Below are positions 39,801 through 51,977 of a stretch of DNA of 64,000 nt, one piece after another. Numbering within the stretch: position 1 is the stretch's first letter; each line of letters opens with the position of its first letter. The stretch covers positions 25,670,001-25,734,000 of the forward strand of contig NC_087437.1 in assembly GCF_036321535.1 (NCBI RefSeq). The letters are read 5' to 3'. Both the position numbers and the translations under genes were made by a program. Under the pieces are notes generated by a model that made no database searches, had not been told where the DNA came from, and saw only the letters and a program-made list of their open reading frames with translations. The DNA is from Camelus dromedarius. Taxonomy: Eukaryota.

Positions 39801-40383
39801 TATAATCTCTAGGTGCATATATTTTCAGTCTTTTTAACAAATAACATTCTTAAAAATGAACATGCAAAAGTTGGATTAGGGGATTAAATATACCCTTTAA
39901 ATAAGTGGTTTAAGCTTTCCTGGTCTTTTAACTATAAAATAGTTTACCCTAGCAACATGAATGGAAAGAGGCCTGAACTATTAAAAAGAATGTAACTTTG
40001 CATCATTTGTATGTATAGGTTTCCTTGGTAGGTTTTCAGTGACCAGTGACCCCCCCCCCCCCCACAGCTGGTTTCCTCGGTTGCTTGCATTTGCTCAGAC
40101 CATCTCCATCTATGACAATGTGCACCCAGGAGACAAACTCAACTTAGACTTAAAATGATCCAAGAAAAATGGAATTTTGAAAATGCAGCACATATTTAAA
40201 ATGTGTGGTGGATTCCAAAGCCATGATTGTTCTTACTCCACACAGACCACTACTCCCATTCATTACTGCGATTAGCCATACACATAATTATTTTTATTGC
40301 TAATTTTATACCAGTGAATTTCCATTTCAAGAAAAATGTTAGCATTTGTTTATAATTAAATATTTACTGCTTATGTTTTACAG

Positions 40384-40571
40384 ACCCGACATCAGGCTCT
40401 TCTATAGACTGGGCTTACAGCCTGGGCATCAAACATGCATTTGCCTTTGGGCCCCGAGATAAAGGCAAATTTGGTTTTCTCCTTCCAGAATCTCAGATAA
40501 AGTCAACTTGTAAAGAGACCATGCTAGCTGTCACATTTATTGCCAAGCATATCCTCAAGCATTCTTCCTAA
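40384..40571 (+). CDS. CPA3: CPA3 exon 11 (last coding exon; FELRD motif reads FGPRD)
   Basis: ttacag|AC; (Y)[61 protein letters not shown]. Confidence 0.93.
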
Positions 40572-40911
40572 AGAACTGCCCTCTGTCTGGGATAAGCCAA
40601 TTAATCCTTTCCCTTGTTTTCCACTAGAAAGTCAATCTTCACTTTATCCTTAGATGCAGTTTCCCTATCACCCAACTAGGTCCCTCGCTTGCTCACTTAA
40701 GTCCTATGTTATTTCTTTTTGTTTTATTTACTCTCAAAACCACCTTAACAAATAGCTTTAAGTGAAAGTTTTAACCAAGTTAGAACCTGGCACAAAGTAT
40801 GGAGTATTTTGAAAGGTGATATGCAGTGGATCACAGGAAAGAAATGAGAACTTTCACCTTCTCCAGAATCAGATTTCCACCATGTATCTTCATCATTTCA
40901 TGTGCTAATAT

Positions 40912-40917
40912 AATAAA
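40912..40917 (+). terminator. CPA3: CPA3 polyadenylation signal AATAAA
   Basis: AATAAA ~340 nt after the TAA, followed by T-rich sequence. Confidence 0.6.
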
Positions 40918-41974
40918 AATAAGATATATTTCAAAATGTACCTTCTGGTTTTTATAAATTATATTCTCTACCTTCTTCTATTATCATTAATAATCATGCA
41001 ATAATGCTTCTAATGCATTCTGTTTATAAGAAAGAATATCATCTATTTTTAAAAACATTTTGCTTACATTTATATCTTTAACACAAGTAGACATTGCTTG
41101 TATCTTCACAATAGTAAAAGGATGTCCTATCAGGAAATAAAGTAGTTTATTTAGAGATGAATCTCAGTCCTTTAAACAACCAACCCAGTTCTCATCAATA
41201 TAGTGTACATTAAATTCAAAATACTGTAATTTAACCTGCCACAATCAGAGGGAACTACCTGCCAAAACATCTCTTGGCAGTTACAGACACGGCCAGGACA
41301 CCTGGTAAACTGTGCACCCTGCCCTCATAAAGGGTAGAAAAGAAGTCTGGAAATAGAGTACAAGTTGAAGAGAGAAAGTCATGTTGAATAAGGGTAATCA
41401 GAGTAACTTATTACCTTTATACTCTCTATAATCCTATTGCAGAAGATAGTGTTACAAAATATCTTTTCCCCAAACTTGATTTTTCAGTACTTCATCATGT
41501 GACAACAATGGTATCTACACTCTAGAAATCCAGAACACAGATGCCTGACGAGAATTTGATGGACAAGTAGAGACTTTCTATAAACTTACTTTTCAGAACA
41601 ATCTGGATAAAATTTTTGAGGATCTCAAAAAAGCCTCAGAAAGCAGGTTAACAAGTAATCTGGACCATTCCTCATGACTGCTTTAGGGGCCCATAAAAGG
41701 AAGAGTGCCATCAAATCTACAAGGTGATGGTATTTCTGATAGTTATGAGGTAGGTAAAAGTTTTCCTTGCAAAATTGTCTAGTGGAAACCAATATAAACT
41801 AGTAACATTACTTTAAAGGTGGGGGAGGGAAAGGTGACAGAGGCAAAAAAGTAAAAGATAAAACTCTAGAGTTAAACTGTCCCTTATAAAAAATACAACA
41901 ACTATATCTAAATATTTCAAAACTGGCTCAGAACATGGGAATGTAAATGTGTTCCATTACAAATGCCATATGGG

Positions 41975-42056
41975 TTTGGGTTCAATCCCCAGCACCTCTG
42001 TTAAAATAAATAAATAAATCTAATTACCTCCCCTTCCCCACCAAACAAACAAACAA
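41975..42056 (+). mobile_element. 5'-truncated tRNA-derived SINE (camelid Vic-1-like) with TSD
   Basis: B-box gggttcaatcccc, agcacctc, (aaat)n, taattacctcccc and (aaac)n tail. TSD aaatgccatat at 41961-41971 and 42057-42067. Confidence 0.75.
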
Positions 42057-43424
42057 AAATGCCATATAGGAATTATACACTCATTCATACTTACCTACAC
42101 AAAGGACCAGAAGAAATTATAACCTCAAAATTTAATAAATATTTCTAATTCCATTAGGTCTTCAGGTAGAGGAGGTAAGAGGGATTGCTGAATCCCTATT
42201 GCTGAATATCATCCAGTGTTCATCCGTTTATAAAAAAAAACACAAAAGTTTTACTCACCATTTTATTTGAGCTTTTGTGTAGCTTAATATATCTTTTACC
42301 AATAACAGAAAAAACATCTGAGTGGCTAAAAATCAAAATTCCCAACAAGATCATTCCTTATGATAATTGAATAGCTTTTGCATAGCATCTCAGGGTATTT
42401 TGCTTGACTTCATATGAATTATGAAAATAAACTTGTGAAGAAAAATATCTACATTAAAATATAAAAAACTAAAACTTCGTTGTGCTTATGGAAAAGTTTA
42501 AGAGATCAGTGCCTGAGTCTTCCCTTGTCATTTCTCATTTATCAGCAAAAGGACTTTGTACCCAAGTTACAAGCAGTGCTGTCTCATAAAATATTCTTGA
42601 CAACATGTCTCATTTAAAAAAACCTTCTAAATCATCATTCCTTTCTAGTTTTCATACTACAAAATTCACTCAAGGGACATTGTTTCACATTTTGAATTTT
42701 TTTTTTTTTTTTTTTTGGCGATGATCTAGTGGCTGAGACATACGTCTCCATTATGAAGAAAATGAAATCTCTTACTGAAAAATTTTAGTAATGTAAATAA
42801 ATTTGAGTTTCCAGTGGGCATTATGACCTCAAACCGATTTTAAAATGTCATATCATAGGTGCCCTCTCCACATCCTACACATTGGATACATTCTATAACT
42901 ACGTAAGTGTTCCTTGGCTAAGTAAACATTAGGATAATGACAAACATTAGGTTTCCCATTTAAGACAAACAAACGTCTGATTTTCTTTAGATGAAAAAAT
43001 AAACAAGTAATTCCCAGAGAAACTTGCAACAGATCACTGAAAATAAACAAGTTCTCTCTATTCTCAGGTTTTCCCCTATTGACTTGTTCTCACAAAAGTG
43101 TTTAAAATATGTTGATCATTCCAAAAGGATGAAGGTTGGGCTTTTGTGGACATAAGAAAAGATCAAAGAAAGAGACCTGCTTCTTGATTCCACCATGTGG
43201 TACTCAGTACTATAAACTAATCTTTAACCTTGAACATAGAAAATGTAAATGGGAGTTTTTCTAAAAGGGAATATGCATTGGTTCCAAATATCTACAATAA
43301 AATGTAACAGTATTACATTGATGTTGATTTCCCAGGATACAAATAATAAAAAGCAGTAGCAGTAAGCAATCTTAGTTGAACACTTATTTATACAAATGTC
43401 TTTAAGAAGCAGTGGCATCTAGAA

Positions 43425-44030
43425 ACTGTGCCCAACCTTATAAACTGCTTGTTGTTCCCTAAAATCTATTCTCCCCTTTCCCTAGTAATAGGCCTCCCAA
43501 ATTTAAACTGGGCACATAGCCACTAAAATAAGGACTCAATTTCCAAACTTCCCTTTCAACAGAGGTGGCTCTTGGACTGTTCTGGCCAGTGCATTGCAAG
43601 AGAAACATCATGTGGCAAAGTGTACAAAGCTAAATTCAAAGACCTCTGGCATATACACTTTGGTCCTTCTTCTCTAACCTTCTCTTTCTTTTTGGCTGGA
43701 ATACAATTGTGATGACTGAGGCTGAGCAATCATCTTGGACCATAAAATGCTCTTGACTACTGCAGCAAAAAATATGGTAAGAGGAGGTATCATTACAGTT
43801 GCAGGTGTGATCTGGATGAAAATCCTTGGAGCGTGTTATACAAAATTGCAAAACTGGAAATCAGGAGGTTGGATTAGAATCCTGAATCCACTGAAAGATA
43901 TCCAGCAAGACACAATCACATTTTGCCTGCCCTGCTTATCCCCTAGATTTTTGCTAGTATTTGAGATGATAGATGCTCACCACAGTAAGCCACTGATTTC
44001 CATTTTGTTTATAATTGAGACAAAGTACAC
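43425..44030 (+). mobile_element. MLT1-type MaLR solo LTR (degraded)
   Basis: tctattctcccctt...catagcc...tttcca...ggctggaatac...gatgactgaggctgagcaatcatcttggaccat. Confidence 0.6.
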
Positions 44031-44630
44031 CTATCTTAAAGAGAGTTGGCTCAGGTAGTTCACAACTGAGATAGGTTTTGGGTGGTACAGAAACAATGGC
44101 ACAATTGCTGCTCTCAAGTGTGGTTCTTCACTCAAGGCATTGCTATGATGAGGGGTACAAAGTTACGTGTGCATATGACATTTTCCTGCATGTAAAGTTT
44201 TCAACAGATTGTTACAGTCTAAGGGTTATTGATCCTCAAAAGTTTATAAGCACAACCGAAAACAAACTCCAACATAATTTGAAAAACATCTACACACATA
44301 AAAGTAAAAATTAACTCCAACTCAGGGATCTCAGAGTTTGTATAGCAATTTGCTTCTTTTTTGTTGTTGTGTTCCTATTGACTTTCAGTTTTTTAACAAT
44401 ATTCAGAAAAAATACATAAAATGTCTATTAGATAGCTGGAAAATATAGAATATTTTCAATTATCAAAAACAAGAAAATTAAGTATCTAAAATTTTACAAA
44501 ATGATTAAAGCATGCCAATCTATTTGTTATAATACATGGCCTGAATATTTCCCTGCTCCATAGGGTCACCTACAATTTCCCCAGTAGTTCTGACTCTCAG
44601 CTGGTGCTTGTCCAAATGTAGTATATAGAA

Positions 44631-47600
44631 AGTGACATGAATAAGACGGCCAAATAAGATGTCCCTCACTAGTATTCCCTCAACAACAATTTGGGATCCA
44701 TCAGTGGACAAAAGTGTCTCTGTGGGAGCTGTGGAATCCAAATGCCAAGGGACCCATGTATTGGGTAACAGACATACAGACCTCAGTCTCAGCTGCGGAC
44801 CCCGAAGTGTCCCATGAACTGGCTCTAGCCCCTCTTGGCCACAGTCTGGAAGCCCCTGGAGAATACTGACTTAAACAACTAATCACTTACTTTGTGGAAA
44901 TCAAGAGTTCAATGGAGAAGTTCTAGCACACCACCGGAGCAAAAAAAGTCCAAGACTGGACACACTGCAGAGGGTAAGAGGCATATTTCGACTTTACCCA
45001 TATCACCTCTCCCCCAAGGTGGCAGAGCTCAGCTTAAGAGAGCTCTTCTTGGCCTGCAGTTTCTCCCATGGAGGGAAGGGGGAGAATGTCTTCCCCAGGT
45101 GTGTGGGACACCACCAAAGAGGCTCACTTCCCTCTCATCTCATCCAGAGTACCAAGTCACGAGCTGCATGAATGGGAGTAGCAAGCATCTGGGAGAACAA
45201 CAGCCAGGGCTTGGAACGTTATCGAAGTGGCATGAATGCTACTAACTATATCACTGACTCCATCGTGAAGGCCTGCCCAAGAGTTGTTGGGTGCCTTCCC
45301 TGCAGATCCCCCCAGCAGCCCAGCTGCTCCAAGCTCTTCACATATGCACTCCCACACTCATGGCTGGCTCCTCGTGTGTGCTTAGCAGTAACAAGAGCAA
45401 GCTTTGGCAGACAGGTAGCAAACACACACTCAGAACAGGCCTGAGTCTGAGGGCCAAAGGGAAACTTCTAGCACTTCCTTTAGGAAACAAAAGGGAGGCT
45501 GCCAGAACCCAGCCCAGTGAACTGCAGGATCAAGAGAAGGCATATAAAGCTTAATAATTCTGCCACAGAGGGAGCAAAAAGTGTGGAGCAGGCATATCTA
45601 CAGAAAGTCTAAGAAAGTCTCAGAATCCCTAGAAGGGCTAAAGGAAGGTCATTTCTCTCTTGAAGTCAGTCAGTAAAGATGGGAGGAAGTGACTGTTACT
45701 TCAAACGTGAAGAGAGCAACACATAACTTCAAGGAACATGGAAACAAGGAACTTTAAGGAACATGGAAAACCAAGGAAACATGACACCACCAAAGGAAAA
45801 CAATAATACTCCAGTAATTCACCCCAAAGACATAAAGATCTGCAATTTATCTGATAAAGAATTCAAAATAGCTGTTTTAAGGAAGCTCCATGAGCTACAA
45901 GAAAATACAAAAAAAAAAAAAATCCAATGAAATTAGGAAAACAATACACAAACAAAATAAGAAGTTTAACAGAGACAGAAATCATAAAAAGAACCCAACA
46001 GAAATTCTGGAGCTAGAGAATACAATGAATTAAATGAAAAATGCAATGGAGATCATCAACGTCAAAATCGATCAAGCAGAAAAAAGAATCTGTAAAGTAG
46101 AAGACAGGAATTTTGAAATTATATGGCCAGAAAAGAATTAAGAAGAAAGAATAAATTATGAAATACCATCAAGAGAAACAATATGCAAATTATTGGAGTC
46201 ACAGAAGGAGAAAAGAGGGTGAAAGAGGCAGAAAGCTAATTTAAAGAAATAATGACTGAGAACTTCAAAATCTGGGGAGGGTTTTGCCCACCCAGGTTTA
46301 TGAAGCTCATAAGTCCCCAGACAAATTCAACTCAAAAAGACCTTATTCAAGAGTCCAAGACACAGTATAATAAAACTGTCAAATATCAAAGACAAACACA
46401 GAATCTTAAAAGCGGTAAGAAGAAAGAAGTTTGTCATTTACAAGGGAATCCCCCCTAAGTCTACTAAGGTAATTTCTTCACAGAAGACTTTTAGTCCAGG
46501 AGAGAATAGAATGATATATTCAATTTGCTGAAAGAAAAAAACTGCCAACCACAACCACTTCATCCAGCAAAGTTTTCCTTCAGAAATGAAGGAGAGATAA
46601 AGACTTTTCCAGACAAACAAAAGCTAAGGGAATTCATCACCACTAGACTGACTTGTAAGAAATGGTGAAAGGAGTTCTTCAAATTAAAATAAAAGGACAC
46701 TATTAGTAATATGAAAACATATGAAAATATACAACACCCTGGCAGAGGTAAATACATAGTCAAGTTCAGAATACTTTCTCTAATTTGGTGACGTATTAAC
46801 CTACTTAACTCTAGTAAAAAAAAAAAAAAAAAGGTAAAATGAAAGAATTAAAAACAACTATAGTTACAATAATTTTTTAATGAATACATAACATAAAAGA
46901 AATAAACTGTGACACTGAAAACATAAAATATAGGGAGTAAAAAGATAATAGTTTTTGTATGCAATTGAAGTTAAGTTGTTACTTGCATAAAACAGACTGT
47001 TTCATCTGTAAGATATTTTATGTAAGCCTCATGGTAACCACAAAGCAAAAACCTACAGTAGATACACAAAGGATAATGAGAAGGAAATCAAAGCACACCG
47101 TGATGGAAAATCATCAATTCACAAAGGAAGACAGCAAGAGAGAAACAAAGGAACAAGGGAACTACAACACAGCCGGAAAAAAATAATTTGGCTTTGTAAG
47201 TACTTATCTATTAATAATTACTTTAAATGTAAATGAATTAAATTCTCCAGTCAAAAGACATAGAAGGAATTAAAAAAACAAGACTCAACAATATGCTGCC
47301 TACAAGGGACTCACTTCGGCTTTAAGGTCACCCACAGGTTCAAAGTGAAGGAATGGAAAAAATGGTCTTAAACGTAAGACCCGAAACCGTAAAACTCCTA
47401 GAACAAAACTTAGCTTCTTGACATTGGTCTTGGCAATGATTTTGGGGATATGACACCAAAAGCACAAACAATAAAAGCAAAAATAAATAAGAAGGACTAC
47501 ATCAAACTAAAAACCTTCTGTACATCAAAAGAAACAATCAACAAAATGAAAAGGCAACCTGTGGAATTGGAGAAAATACTTGCAACCCATCTCTCTGATA

Positions 47601-48600
47601 GTGGGTTAATATCAAAAATATATGAGGAATTGTACAACTCAATAGCAAAACAACTCAATCAAACTTAAAAATGGACAGAGGGCCTGAATAGACATTTCCA
47701 AAGAAGACATACAAATGGCCAGCAGGTACATGAAAAAACATTTAGCATCTCTAACCATTACGGAAATGCGAATCAGAACCACAATGAGCTATCACCTCAC
47801 ACCTGTTAGATGGCCTTTACAAAAAAGACAACAGATAAGTGTTGTAAAGGATGTGAATAAAAGGGAACCCTTGGGCACTGTTGGTAGGAACATAAATCTG
47901 TGCAGCAACCGTGGGAAATAGTATGAAGGTTCCTTAAAATATTAAGAATAGAACTACCATATGATTCCCCTTCTCTGTACATATCCCCTTCTCTGTACGA
48001 GATCTTAAAGATACCTGCACTCCCATGTTCACTGCAGCATTATTCACAATAGCCAAGAAGTGGAAACAACCTAAGTGTCCAACTATAGATGAATGGATAA
48101 AGAAGAATATTATTCATGAGAAAAAAGGAAATCCTGCCATTTGTAACAACATGGATGGTCCTTGAGAGCATTACGCTAAGTGAAATAAGTCAGATAGAGA
48201 AAGGCAAATACTGTAGATATCACTTACTTGTGGAATTTTAAAAAGCCAAACTCATAGAAATAGAGTAGAAGAGTGAGTAGTTGCCAGCCGCTGAGGGTTG
48301 GGGGAATGCAGAAACGCTGGTCAAACAGTACAAACGTCCGGCTATCAGATAAGTAATTCCTGGGTATCTAACGGACTGCATGATGACAACAGTTAACAAT
48401 ACTGTGTCATATACTTGAAAGTTGCTAAGAGAGTAAATCTTAAAATGTTTCACCACAAAAAAAAAAAGCTAATTATGTGAAGCAATGAAGGTGCTAACTA
48501 GCCTATTATGGTAATCATTTCACAATATATATGCATATTAAATCAGCAGGTTGTACCTTAAACTTATGCAGTGTAACATCAATTATATCTCAATATAACT
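44631..48600 (+). mobile_element. Old L1 with 5'UTR, degraded ORF1, internally deleted ORF2 and 3'UTR
   Basis: ORF1 remnant from ~45781 (atgacaccaccaaaggaa), endonuclease start ~47205-47362, then a jump to the ORF2 C-terminus ([25 protein letters not shown]). The 3' end is caattatatctcaat. Confidence 0.85.
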
Positions 48601-48605
48601 AGGAG

Positions 48606-48755
48606 GATACTACAAGATATTGAATATAGTTCCCTGTGCTATAATGAAAAAGAACATAAAAACAAATATATGTATGTACGAGTATGACTGAAACATTAAT
48701 GCTGTACACAAGAAATTGACACATTGTAACTGACTATACTTCAATTTAAAATAAA
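48606..48755 (+). mobile_element. Short camelid-type L1 3' end with an inverted 5' piece, inserted at the tail of the older L1
   Basis: Antisense tactacaagatattgaatatagttccctgtgctata followed by sense ...gaaattgacacattgtaactgactatacttcaatttaaaataaa. Confidence 0.65.
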
Positions 48756-50129
48756 CCTAGGGGGAGAAAATGAAAAAATACTTGGCCCTTATAGATGCTG
48801 TGATATTTTTAACTGCACATATTACAATATTTTGAGATAACTTTACATATTTTCCTCAAAAAAATTAATCCACTGAAATGGGAGAAGAGGCAGTATTCTA
48901 TCACTCAGGAAAGAAAGAACTTAGAGAATTACAGGAAGTTCAAATTACCTCTGGTTGCAGGGGACACCTCCATTCCATTCATCTAGTGACATACACAAAA
49001 TTATTAGTGAAACTCAAATTAGGAGTAACAAATACATCCAACCTTCCAAATTTGAAGATTTTATTACATAAAACCACATCAAAAGAAACAACATTTATTA
49101 AGTAGTGCAGTTAATGAATACATGGCATTTTTTTTTCAGACTATCCTTTATACTTCTTTCCCCTTTTCAACACAATTGTATTTCATGATTAAAATACCAA
49201 GCCATTTTTCTATAATGAGTCATAATAGCATCTTGAAAATTTTGGCAGCATATAGGCTACTGTCAGAAATTCCTAAGGCAAAGCTTTTGGGAGACTATCT
49301 TGCATTTCATTGTCACAAAATCCATTATATCAGGACAGATCTCAGGCTGCCTGAGTAACATCTATCTGAGGGTTATAATTTTGTCATAAAAATTTACTCT
49401 CACATGAACTTAGCATAAAAGGTCTCCGTCCAGAAAATAGGAATTGAAATGGATATATTACACTTGAACTGCTTTTTTGCTCACTTATCCTTCAATTACA
49501 AGCCTTAAGTTCACTGGTGTCAAGAGAGGTTAAACCAGAAAAACGTAAAACAATTTTTGAAATATGTGAGGGAAATTTGACACCTAACGTTCCAAATGCA
49601 TTATTATTGCCATGGTATCCCTGAAGTGTGATTCATTTTACATTGTGGATTAAAGGCTTAAAAGACTATTAGTGAAACAAAGAAAAAAATCCATATGTAT
49701 CATTTCATATATAAAAGAAATTGCAAGAACACTGGTTTCTTTTATTATTTAAAAAGTCTCCAATTTCTTTTTTTCTTAAATCTCTGCTTTGCAAAACAAA
49801 TTTCAAGAGGTAATCAAATTTTAATGGGGCAAAGAGCAGGGAGGTGAGAAGGAAAAGTTTTGGGAATTGCAATCATACTGTAATGATCATATGAAAAGTA
49901 ACATTTGCATAGCACTGGATAGTATAAAAATTGCCCTCATTTGCATGTCTGCATTTGATCACAACTCGATGAGACTGAGTTGGGGGAAGGCTAGTATTAA
50001 CCCCATTTTATGTATTAGAAACCATGGCTCAAATTACTTAAGTGACCTGTATAGGTAAAGTTGCAACTTGAAATTAGACCTTTGCACTTAAAAAGTCAAA
50101 TTATTTTCCTTATACTATATGTCCAATGG

Positions 50130-50183
50130 TTATCACTTTCCTAGAAGGCAGAGAGATAAAGAGGTTATCTAATTTGTGAGTCA
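50130..50183. promoter_or_regulatory. Candidate haematopoietic/mast-cell enhancer (3x GATA, STAT5, AP-1)
   Basis: TTATCA 50130-50135, TTCCTAGAA 50138-50146, AGATAA 50154-50159, TTATCT 50165-50170, TGAGTCA 50177-50183. Confidence 0.45.
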
Positions 50184-50254
50184 CCAATTTAGGTTCTAAT
50201 TCTCAAACGTTGCCAAAGGTGTATCATTTTAATGACCCATCAGACACTCATCTG

Positions 50255-50444
50255 AATGGTCTAGACTTGAATGTATATCAGAATCACCTGAGGAGCTTAT
50301 TAAAATACAGATTGCTGGGCCCTCCCCCAGAGATTCTGAAACAATAGATCTGGGGTGGAGCACAAGAATTTTCACTTTTAACAAGTGAAATGCTCAGATC
50401 ATGCTATGGCTGCTGGTCCAGTAACCACATTTTGAGAAAAACTG
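50255..50444. mobile_element. MER5A DNA transposon
   Basis: atcagaatcacctgaggagcttattaaaatacagattgctgggccc...cagagattctga...ccacattttgagaa..actg. Confidence 0.8.
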
Positions 50445-51869
50445 ATATAGAATAATTCTAAATGTTCTAAAGTAAAAATAATTCTACTTTTCAATGATTT
50501 TTTAAATAATTTTAGTGATCTTTATTGAAGTGTGTGGCTTATTTGCAAAAGTAATTTACCCACAAGTTTTATTTTCAATTAAAATTATAGATAAATCAAA
50601 TAGATGAAATAGGGATAATATATCCATTTCAATTTCTATCTACTATAAATAATGTTTGTAAATAACAAAACCCAAGTGTTTAAACAAAGATTTACATATT
50701 TCAAATCCATTACACATTAAAACAATTTAAAATACACATATATAAATATAATAAAGGGTCCCTCCTTTGAAATTTTGTTGATTCTACAGATTTTAAGATA
50801 ATGGGCATTAATTTATTTCTATTATTTATATTTATATCATATTTTTACTTATCAATTTATTGAATTTTTAAATGTTTAAAGTTTTTATGTTAAATGTCAC
50901 ATACAAATCCATTTTTAGAACCAAAAAAATGTGACTTCTGCCAAGGCCCAGGTTCACTACAGCTACATCCAACTGAGGAAACCCCGATTTGGTTTGGAGG
51001 AAAAATTTCTTCAGCAATGAGCAGGAGCTTTCTTAATAGTGAAACTAAGCAAATTCTATGAGAAGTATCTGCAGAAGCCTTTTTTGGAGTTAACAGCATT
51101 TGGCTCAGTGAAGCCTAGTGGGAGAATCCCAGCCAATATAGTTCTTTGGCTGACACATAAAAAGCTCGATGGGGTGATGGGATAATCTGAGAACTTTCTT
51201 CTGCTCAGGCATCCCTTGATGCGGTCACTTGACAAAACTCAATTGAATCTGCTACAATTAATCTTTCACAAAGGCAGAGAAATGAAGAAAGGTGAAGAAC
51301 CCACGTCTGGTCATTTTGGCAGAAGACTAGAAAGAAAAAAGAGTCAGGAAGAAAAAACTAGTATAACCAGATTTTCCTTAGCCACTGCCCCAAACCTCCA
51401 CCCTCTCCCAAAATTATTTAAATATTCTGCCTCTAAGGTTCATTGTAACCTAACTGTCCATTTCATCCATTCCACTTAGTCTACAAAAAGTAAGGCTTTG
51501 AGATGTCAGCTTTCCTCAGACTGTGGACAAAGGCAGCCCCATGATTCCGGTGTGTCCAGTATATTCCTATTTACTACTTACTGATTTTTTTATTAAAATA
51601 ACTTTATGGGAGTTAAAGATCTGTTATTACTTTATCTTATTCTAAACCAAATATGCTTCTGATACACATTTTGAAAGATGAAGAATACAGGAACAACATT
51701 TGAATGTACAACAGATGCAAAAGAGCAGAAAAGGACCCTGAAGTCGCTCCAAGGCCAGTTTGAAGGGAGGCTTCATCACTTACTAGTCAGGCCCATCTGT
51801 GAAATTCAGATAGTAGTACCTATATCACAAGGTTACTGTGAAGATTTTTAAGTAACTATATAAAACAAA

Positions 51870-51977
51870 AGGGTGACCAATTGTTCTAGTTTGCCCAGAA
51901 ATGAGAGGTTTCCCAGGACGTGAGACTTTCAGTGCTAAAACAGACAGTCCTGGGAAAACTGGGACAGCTGGCCACTG
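51870..51977. mobile_element. MER81-like hAT-Blackjack element
   Basis: agggtgaccaa...tttgccc...gactttcagtgctaaaac...ctgggacagctggccac. Confidence 0.7.

Larger units (their letters stand above)
15637..40571 (+). pseudogene. CPA3: Mast cell carboxypeptidase A3, complete 11-exon structure with a premature stop (R178*) and loss of the catalytic Glu (E378G); probable unitary pseudogene
   Basis: Exons of 68+76+125+103+102+102+111+91+203+85+188 = 1254 nt, all GT-AG, no frameshift. TGA in frame at 27690-27692; GGG-CCC in place of Glu-Leu at 40449-40454. Located directly downstream of CPB1, as in other mammals. Confidence 0.85.

Noticed and set aside
41975..41997. tRNA gene (gggttcaatcccc B-box)
   Set aside because: No A-box or cloverleaf; it is followed by a SINE tail and flanked by a TSD.
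45731..45785. Repeated aaggaacatggaaa units resembling a short spacer array
   Set aside because: A local tandem duplication at the L1 ORF1 start in eukaryotic DNA; not CRISPR-like.
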